The translations under genes were made by a program, and so were the position numbers. Source: a virus (Duplodnaviria > Heunggongvirae > Uroviricota > Caudoviricetes). Taken from it: 43,367 bases of DNA. A model generated the notes under the pieces. It had not been told where the DNA came from. It searched no databases and saw nothing but the letters and a program-made list of their open reading frames with translations. The stretch is from the IMG/VR virus record IMGVR_UViG_2579778784_000007, positions 1 through 43,367 of that record; one strand, given 5' to 3'. Shown here one piece after another: positions 37,073-43,367 of the stretch (within the stretch, counting starts at the first letter, position 1; every line of letters starts with the position of its first letter).

Positions 37073-37951
37073 ATGAAAAGTATAGCAAAGGCACAAAACG
37101 ATTTCACCATCTTCAAATTCGGCGACAGTGAAATCCGCGTCATCAACAAGTGCGGTGAGCCGTGGTTTGTAGCTAAAGATGTTTGTGATGCTTTAGCTTT
37201 GACTAACTCACGCAAGGCGCTTACTGCACTTGATGACGATGAAAAGGGAGTAACTTTAAGTTACACCCTTGGTGGTGAGCAGAATCTAAGCATTGTTAGC
37301 GAATCAGGTATGTATACATTGGTTCTGCGCTGCCGCGATGCTGTCAATAAAGGTTCGGTCCCGCACAAATTCCGCAAGTGGGTAACAGCAGAAGTTCTAC
37401 CTTCAATTCGCAAACATGGCGAGTATGTGAAAGGCAAGAAAACCACTGTTGAGGAAAGAACGCCGCTACGCGATGCAGTAAACATGCTGGTAGGAAAGAA
37501 AGGACTTCGCTATGACGATGCATACAATATGGTTCATCAGCGTTTTGGTATTGACAGCATTGATGAACTTTCAATTGAACAAATCCCGCTTGCCGTAGAG
37601 TACATCCACAGGGTAGTGCTTGAAGGTGAGTTCATTGGCAAACAAGAGAAGAAGACCAACGAGCTTTCTGCAAAAGAAGCAAACAGTCTTGTATGGTTAT
37701 GGGATTATGCCAACCGTTCACAGGCATTATTCCGCGAACTGTATCCGGCATTAAAACAAATTCAATCGAACTATTCCGGCAGATGCTACGACTACGGTCA
37801 TGAATTCTCGTATGTTATCGGAATGGCGAGAGACGTTTTAATAAACCACACACGAGATGTTGATATTAATGAGCCAGACGGACCAGCGAATCTTTCCGCA
37901 TGGATGAGACTTAAGAATAAAGAATTACCTCCTTCAGTACATAACTACTGA
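37073..37951 (+). CDS. ant: Antirepressor Ant (Bro-N domain)
   Basis: 292 aa; N-terminal Bro-N-like domain ([28 protein letters not shown]...); downstream of arc as in P22 immI. Confidence 0.82.
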   Translation: MKSIAKAQNDFTIFKFGDSEIRVINKCGEPWFVAKDVCDALALTNSRKALTALDDDEKGVTLSYTLGGEQNLSIVSESGMYTLVLRCRDAVNKGSVPHKFRKWVTAEVLPSIRKHGEYVKGKKTTVEERTPLRDAVNMLVGKKGLRYDDAYNMVHQRFGIDSIDELSIEQIPLAVEYIHRVVLEGEFIGKQEKKTNELSAKEANSLVWLWDYANRSQALFRELYPALKQIQSNYSGRCYDYGHEFSYVIGMARDVLINHTRDVDINEPDGPANLSAWMRLKNKELPPSVHNY

Positions 37952-37970
37952 CAGATAACCAACGCAACGA

Positions 37971-37993
37971 CCCAGCTTCGGCTGGGTTTTTTT
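37971..37993 (+). terminator. Intrinsic terminator after ant
   Basis: CCCAGC-ttcg-GCTGGG followed by TTTTTTT. Confidence 0.65.
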
Positions 37994-38061
37994 ATGCCCA
38001 AAATTCACCGTAGCCACGCTGCGGCGATTCCTTGTATCTGGAGCAAATTAAATGACAGACA

Positions 38062-38562
38062 TTACCTACTCAACAGATGGTCAGCAACCATGTTTGCTGC
38101 CTTATAAGCTATAGCCGCTTCATCAATGGTGTTGAATCTCCCAAGGGTTATGTTTTTACCTGAGACATTTATCTGAGCTTGCCATTGATTTCTGGCTTGA
38201 CAGAAAGTTACCCCCTTGATTCCAGCATTGCTATTTCGAGGTCCGACATTTAATGCATTTACGACTCTGCTGACATCCCTAAGGTTTGAGATTGCGTTAT
38301 TTCTTCTGTTTCTATCAATGTGGTCAATCTCTTGTTTGGGCCATTCGCCATATACATACAGCCAGGCAAGTCTATGTGCAAAATATCTTACGCCATCAAT
38401 ATTAATTGCGTTATATCCATAAGAAATTGTGCCAGCAACTTTCCCAACAGCACCTCTGGCGCTTAATTTCTTTTTCCAAGTGAAAATTCCTGTTTCTTTA
38501 TTGTAATCGAGAACCTCCATAAGGCGCTCCCGAGTTACTACCTCGTGACGTCTCTTACTCAT
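38062..38562 (-). CDS. HNH homing endonuclease with AP2-like domain (copy 2)
   Basis: 166 aa from ATG 38562 (GGAG SD; ORF-track start 38604); HNH motif [19 protein letters not shown]; [13 protein letters not shown] segment parallels copy 1; encoded antisense at the tailspike 5' end. Confidence 0.7.
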   Translation of the reverse strand: MSKRRHEVVTRERLMEVLDYNKETGIFTWKKKLSARGAVGKVAGTISYGYNAINIDGVRYFAHRLAWLYVYGEWPKQEIDHIDRNRRNNAISNLRDVSRVVNALNVGPRNSNAGIKGVTFCQARNQWQAQINVSGKNITLGRFNTIDEAAIAYKAANMVADHLLSR

Positions 38563-38575
38563 TATTTTCTCCGGA

Positions 38576-41059
38576 ATGTTTATTATGCCAGAACAATTAT
38601 ACAACGTAGTTGTTTCACAACCAAGTCAGTTATTTACTTTAGCTCGCTCGTTTAAAGCAAATGCCAATGGCAAAATTTATATCGGTAAAATTGACACTGA
38701 CCCGGTAAATCCAGAAAACCAGATTCAGGTTTATGTAGAGAACGAAGACGGCTCTCACGTTCCTGTTTCGCAACCAATCATCATTAACGCTGCCGGATAT
38801 CCGGTATATAACGGACAGATTGCCAAATTCGTTACCGTGCAAGGCCATTCTATGGCTGTTTATGATGCGTATGGTGCGCAGCAGTTTTATTTTCCCAATG
38901 TGCTGAAGTATGACCCCGATCAGCTACGGCAGCAATTAGAAGATCCAGATGGCGCTAAAAAATATCCTGAGTTGCAGATAGCACGATGGAGAGATTGTGG
39001 AGATGTTAGAGGTTGGGGAGCAAAAATAGATGGGGTAACAGATGATTCAGATGCTTTTATTAAAGCTTTAAACTCTGGAAGGTCGGTTATAACAATTCCT
39101 GAAGGAATATGCATCATCAAGAAGAATATTAACATTCCTGAAGGGTGTTCACTGGTTGGATCTGGCATTGATTATTGGGATACATATAGACCAGCGCCTG
39201 AAAGATTATTAAAAAGTTGGAGTAAAGGAACCCATCTTGTATTTACTGGTGATGGAGAAAAAAACAAATATTTTTTTAACATCTCTAATGAAAGACCGGT
39301 TAAAATTGTTGAAGGGATATCTTGTAAGTTCACTGAGTTTACGAATGAAGATTCTGTAGGTGTTACTCCTGCTACACCAAAAGCCATGAGCGTAGCTGTT
39401 AGTATCAACAGGGCATCACAGTTACGCAATCTGAGAATAATGGTAAGTAAAAATGGTATTGAAGGATACAATAACCCTGATTCTTATTCATTGGGTGATA
39501 ACTGGGATATAGGGTTGCATGTATACGATAGCTGTGATTCAGTTATTGATAACGTACAGATTGTCGGCTATTGGAGGGTAAAAGGACTACTACTGACAGA
39601 AAATGACGGGAGCCTTTCAATGAAGGGAAATCCTGAAAAAACGCACTTTAATAACGTTTATGTACAGTCAGGAATCGCGATAAGGAATAGCCCTCAGATT
39701 GATCTTGTAAGTAATACTGAAAGCTCAGTGACATTTAAACATAAAAAGTCGATGAGAATAACTTCAGTTAAACAGTTTAAAATTGCTGGCAGTGAATCAG
39801 TATATACGTATTCAGATGCATCATTTGATGGAACTAATATCACACTATCTGGTATTTCTCCTGAAATACAAGGTTCAATAAGTGTAATCAGGTTTCCGTC
39901 AATTGGTAATAATTTTAGTGGGACTGTTTTTGAGAATACAGTAGCCACTACTCTTGATCATACATCAGGTAAGCCATCAGAATACTTTGGCCTTCCTGCA
40001 TCCTTTGCATTAGAGATTGATGGTTTCCCTGTTCGTAATTTAAGGCTTGATAAATTCAAAGCTCAAACTACCTTTGATAAAGGAAATTGCATTTTTGGTG
40101 ATTGCCGTGATGTTAAAATCACATCATCTGAGTTTGAAAATGGAATTATGATTGCGTATAACCTGACCGAGACTCAGGGTTATACAGGAAATCTTAGATT
40201 TTTTGCTTCTGATCTTCAGAGCAGCGTTAACACAAGCGAGTTTAAACCAAGAGACGCATTTGTAGACAATAGACAAATAAAAACGGAGTTTACTGATGGT
40301 TCTTTCATTATAAAGAACTGGAGGCCTACAGATACAAAAATACAATGGTCGTCTGGAGTGGATGCTATTGTTCTTAGAGAGTCACCTGACGAACAATCAA
40401 ACGGAAATATTTACGGGTATCACATTGATGGTAAAAGATGGATTAATGTTAGTGGATATAACAAAGATATAAATATTTCATCAAGAAACTTAAGCGTAAA
40501 AAACCATAGTGATGACTCCGCAGTTATTAATATATTCGGCGACTCTGGAAATATTGCCATTAAAGGTAATTTTTCACCAATTGTTGATAACAGCAAATCT
40601 CTTGGTGCACCATCATTTAGATGGGCTCAGATTTATTCTGCATCTGGGACTATAAGCACATCAGATGAAACACTTAAAACAATATATGACATTACTCAGG
40701 CAGAGCGTGATGCTGCGCTGGAAATAAAGGGAATTATATGCAAGTTCAGGTTTAATGAGTCGATTAATTTTAAAGGATTGGAGTTATCAAGGTATCATTT
40801 TGGAGTTGGCGCTCAAACCGTAGGGGATATTCTTAGAAAGCATGGTTTAAACCCTGAGCAATATGCTTTTTGGTGTTACGATGAATGGCCAGACGTATGG
40901 GATGAAGAGGTGATAACTGAAGAGAGCACAGATCCTGATACAGGTGAGAAAATTTATTCTCAATATAAAACAGGAAATATGATTCTTGTAAAAAAAGCAG
41001 GTGGACGCTACGGAATTCGTTATGACGAATTGGCTATGTTTATATTAATGGCAATGTAG
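38576..41059 (+). CDS. Tailspike: P22 gp9-like N-terminal head-binding domain, divergent central receptor-binding domain, C-terminal intramolecular chaperone (S74-like) domain
   Basis: N-terminus [53 protein letters not shown]...[12 protein letters not shown]...VLKYDPDQ aligns with P22 gp9 residues ~7..120; C-terminal ~130 aa resemble the auto-cleaving chaperone domain of endosialidase/K5 lyase/T5 fibre, with an S-x4-K dyad at SDETLK (Ser codon 40661..40663). Confidence 0.88.
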   Translation: MFIMPEQLYNVVVSQPSQLFTLARSFKANANGKIYIGKIDTDPVNPENQIQVYVENEDGSHVPVSQPIIINAAGYPVYNGQIAKFVTVQGHSMAVYDAYGAQQFYFPNVLKYDPDQLRQQLEDPDGAKKYPELQIARWRDCGDVRGWGAKIDGVTDDSDAFIKALNSGRSVITIPEGICIIKKNINIPEGCSLVGSGIDYWDTYRPAPERLLKSWSKGTHLVFTGDGEKNKYFFNISNERPVKIVEGISCKFTEFTNEDSVGVTPATPKAMSVAVSINRASQLRNLRIMVSKNGIEGYNNPDSYSLGDNWDIGLHVYDSCDSVIDNVQIVGYWRVKGLLLTENDGSLSMKGNPEKTHFNNVYVQSGIAIRNSPQIDLVSNTESSVTFKHKKSMRITSVKQFKIAGSESVYTYSDASFDGTNITLSGISPEIQGSISVIRFPSIGNNFSGTVFENTVATTLDHTSGKPSEYFGLPASFALEIDGFPVRNLRLDKFKAQTTFDKGNCIFGDCRDVKITSSEFENGIMIAYNLTETQGYTGNLRFFASDLQSSVNTSEFKPRDAFVDNRQIKTEFTDGSFIIKNWRPTDTKIQWSSGVDAIVLRESPDEQSNGNIYGYHIDGKRWINVSGYNKDINISSRNLSVKNHSDDSAVINIFGDSGNIAIKGNFSPIVDNSKSLGAPSFRWAQIYSASGTISTSDETLKTIYDITQAERDAALEIKGIICKFRFNESINFKGLELSRYHFGVGAQTVGDILRKHGLNPEQYAFWCYDEWPDVWDEEVITEESTDPDTGEKIYSQYKTGNMILVKKAGGRYGIRYDELAMFILMAM

Positions 41060-41078
41060 TTGCAATAAATGCAGTATA

Positions 41079-41107
41079 TCCCGCATGAAAACTGCGGGAT
41101 TGTTTTT
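41079..41107 (+). terminator. Intrinsic terminator after the tailspike gene
   Basis: TCCCGCA-tgaaaac-TGCGGGA followed by TTGTTTTTA. Confidence 0.6.
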
Positions 41108-41358
41108 ATCTAGTGTATTTGTGAGTTTTAAATAAAATTTGGTATGGATTCTTGCATCGTAGTGAACGCAGGATTACCTATGAAACAAAACTGAGACACA
41201 CAAAGCTTTGCACTGGATTGCAAGGCTTTGTGTCATTCGATAGTTAAGGTGGATCACTCCACCTTTTCATCAAGACAATCCGCCCACCACTGCATCATGT
41301 CTCTGCGATTATCGAGATACTGAGCATGGTTGTAAATTCAACTAACCCAGTGAGTTGG

Positions 41359-41400
41359 CAAAAAATTAGCGCAAGAGGACAAAAAATCACCTTGCGCTAA
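41359..41400 (-). terminator. sib: sib/tI-like hairpin terminator in the attP P arm (retroregulation element of int)
   Basis: 10-bp stem TTAGCGCAAG / CTTGCGCTAA with T-tract on the minus strand; surrounding sequence resembles the lambda P arm, including arm-type Int sites (CAGGTCACTAAT, AGTGACTGG). Confidence 0.5.
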
Positions 41401-41546
41401 TGCTCTGTTACAGGTCACTAATGCCATCTAAGTGTTTGATTCATAGTGACTGGATATGTTGTGATTTGTAGCATTATGCAGTCTATTTTTTAGACTAAAG
41501 ATATTATAACACATTGATATTAATGGTTTTTAATGTTTCATGTTCA

Positions 41547-41561
41547 GCTTTTTTATACTAA
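41547..41561. other. attR: attR core (O)
   Basis: GCTTTTTTATACTAA followed by bacterial B' arm CTTGAGCGAAACGGGAAGG; identical core to attL. Confidence 0.92.
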
Positions 41562-41651
41562 CTTGAGCGAAACGGGAAGGTAAAAAGACAAAAAGTTGTT
41601 TTTAATACCTTTAAGTGATACCAGATGGCATTGCGCCATCTGGCAGAGTGA

Positions 41652-42128
41652 TTAACTAAACATCGCAGTAATCGAGGCACTCGCCAGAGAGTGAAAATGA
41701 ACGTTAAACCCGACCATCGTGCCGCTGGCACCTTCATCGACATCAATACGTTCTACATCCAGCGCGTGAACGGTAAAAATGTAGCGATGGGTTTCGCCTT
41801 TCGGCGGCGCTGCGCCATCGTATCCGGTTTTACCAAAGTCGGTACGCGTCTGCAAAACGCCGTCTGGCATTGCTACCAGACCAGAGCCAAACCCTTGCGG
41901 TAATACGCGGGTATCAGCGGGTAAATTAACAACTACCCAGTGCCACCAGCCGGAGCCGGTTGGCGCATCCGGGTCGTAGCAGGTGACAACAAAACTTTTC
42001 GTTCCCACAGGAACATCATCCCACGCCAGATGCGGTGAAATATTATCGCCATCGTAACCCATGCCGTTAAAGACATGACGATGCGGCAGCTTATCGCCAT
42101 CGCGCAGATCGTTACTGATGAGTTTCAT
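41652..42128 (-). CDS. ybhB: YbhB, PEBP/RKIP-family protein (host gene)
   Basis: 158 aa MKLISNDLRDGDKLPHRHVFNGMGYDGDNISPHLAWDDVP... recalled as E. coli YbhB, the right-hand neighbour of attB-lambda. Confidence 0.88.
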   Translation of the reverse strand: MKLISNDLRDGDKLPHRHVFNGMGYDGDNISPHLAWDDVPVGTKSFVVTCYDPDAPTGSGWWHWVVVNLPADTRVLPQGFGSGLVAMPDGVLQTRTDFGKTGYDGAAPPKGETHRYIFTVHALDVERIDVDEGASGTMVGFNVHFHSLASASITAMFS

Positions 42129-42236
42129 TAGAATGCCTCCGGGAAACCTCGGCCTTCAGACCGGGGAGGAAAGGAGGCGGTTTTCCGACTAACTGTACTT
42201 TGCATAATCACATTTTCCTCTTTAGTATGTGAACAC

Positions 42237-43367
42237 ATGAAACGCGCATATAAATACCGGTTTTACCCGACAACTGAGCAGGCTGAGCTTTTAGCTCAGA
42301 CGTTTGGCTGTGTGCGCTTCGTCTACAATTCCATCCTTCGTTGGCGTACCGATGCGTACTACGAGCGAAAAGAAAAGATCGGTTATCTACAGGCCAACGC
42401 TCGCCTTACGGCGCTCAAAAAAGAGCCTGAATACATATGGCTGAATGATGTTTCCTGCGTTCCCCTCCAGCAGTCGTTGCGCCACCAACAAGCCGCCTTT
42501 GCTAACTTCTTTGCTGGACGAGTTGCATATCCGGCTTTCAAAAGCAAACGGCACAAACAGGTGGCTGAGTTCACTGCCAGCGCGTTTAAACACCGTGACG
42601 GCGAGTTGTATATAGCAAAGAGCAAGTCGCCGCTGGATGTTCGCTGGAGTCGAGAATTACCATCTGCGCCGTCAACCGTTACCATTTCCAGAGATAGCGC
42701 TGGCAGGTACTTTGTTTCCTGCCTGTGTGAGTTTGAACCTGTATCAATGCCTGTTACCGCTAAAACGGTCGGCATTGATGTGGGCTTAAAAGATTTATTC
42801 GTCACCGATACCGGATTCAAAACCGACAATCCCCGCCACACCGCTAAATATGCGAAGCGATTAACGCTGCTACAGCGACGTTTAAGCAGGAAGCAAAAAG
42901 GCTCAAGAAACCGTATTAAAGCCCGCTTAAAGGTCGCCCGACTCCACGCGAAAATCGCCGATTGCCGGATGGACAATCTGCACAAGTTGTCCCGCAAACT
43001 GATTAACGAAAACCAAGTTGTTTGCGTCGAATCCCTCAAGGTGAAAAACATGATCCGCAACCCGAAGCTGTCTAAAGCAATAGCTGACGCAGGCTGGAGC
43101 GAACTTGTTCGCCAGCTCCAGTACAAAGGCAAATGGGCCGGGCGGTCAGTGGTCGCCATTGACCAGTATTTACCGTCCTCAAAATGCTGTAGTTGCTGCG
43201 GTTTCACCATGCAAAAAATGCCTCTTAATGTTCGTAAATGGCACTGCCCTGAATGCGGCGCAGACCATGATCGCGACATTAACGCGGCACGTAATATTAA
43301 AGCTGCCGGGCTGGCAGTGTTAGCCCACGGAGAGCCTGTAAACCCTGAATCGCAGCACGCGGCTTAG
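42237..43367 (+). CDS. tnpB: TnpB (IS200/IS605-family RuvC-like, RNA-guided nuclease type)
   Basis: 376 aa ending at the window edge with TAG; RuvC-like motifs (GIDVGLKDL; VCVESLKVKNM; HDRDINAARNI) and zinc finger CCSCC...HCPECG; no tnpA in window. Confidence 0.85.
   Translation: MKRAYKYRFYPTTEQAELLAQTFGCVRFVYNSILRWRTDAYYERKEKIGYLQANARLTALKKEPEYIWLNDVSCVPLQQSLRHQQAAFANFFAGRVAYPAFKSKRHKQVAEFTASAFKHRDGELYIAKSKSPLDVRWSRELPSAPSTVTISRDSAGRYFVSCLCEFEPVSMPVTAKTVGIDVGLKDLFVTDTGFKTDNPRHTAKYAKRLTLLQRRLSRKQKGSRNRIKARLKVARLHAKIADCRMDNLHKLSRKLINENQVVCVESLKVKNMIRNPKLSKAIADAGWSELVRQLQYKGKWAGRSVVAIDQYLPSSKCCSCCGFTMQKMPLNVRKWHCPECGADHDRDINAARNIKAAGLAVLAHGEPVNPESQHAA

Larger units (their letters stand above)
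1331..41561. mobile_element. Complete mosaic lambdoid prophage integrated at attB-lambda (between ybhC and ybhB)
   Basis: Identical 15-bp cores at 1331..1345 and 41547..41561; int/xis beside attL; continuous phage gene order int-xis-early left-N-cI-cro-cII-replication-nin-Q-lysis-terminase-portal-coat-tail-tailspike; host genes ybhC and ybhB immediately outside. Confidence 0.93.

Noticed and set aside
42129-42236. Imperfect inverted repeats (CCTCCGGG...CCGGGGAGG) between ybhB and tnpB, as a possible IS200/IS605 left-end hairpin
   Set aside because: Pairing is imperfect and the region could equally be the native ybhB promoter/leader; not called as a feature without the IS right end for comparison.
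42383-43279. 298-aa minus-strand ORF
   Set aside because: Antisense to tnpB, whose RuvC and zinc-finger motifs are clear on the plus strand.

Overview
The window is an E. coli chromosomal segment at the classical lambda attachment site, carrying a complete ~40.2 kb mosaic lambdoid prophage (1331..41561). The prophage is bounded by the 15-bp core GCTTTTTTATACTAA at both ends and flanked by ybhC (left) and ybhB plus an IS200/IS605-family tnpB (right). All homology statements are my own recollection of well-known proteins read off the supplied translations; no database search was run. Read in prophage order: lambda-type int/xis and leftward early operon (N, nutL, pL, cIII-like, a RecT/Gp157 recombination module); an immunity region with a hybrid cI (non-lambda N-terminal HTH domain, lambda-like C-terminal domain), cro, nutR and cII; a P22-type replication module with in-gene iterons; a nin region with an orphan Dam-like methyltransferase, YbcO and RusA; a 21/82-type Q; pinholin, SAR endolysin and Rz/Rz1; then an Sf6/P22-like headful-packaging morphogenesis module ending in an immI-like mnt-arc-ant region and a tailspike with a C-terminal intramolecular chaperone domain. 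The strongest candidate for an undescribed system is a 348-aa protein with no recognisable domain in the rexAB position directly downstream of cI. Other candidates are a 156-aa protein coupled to N, a two-gene membrane/lipoprotein cassette in the P22 sieA position, and two paralogous HNH-AP2 endonuclease genes, one of which appears to have inserted into the 5' end of the tailspike gene.
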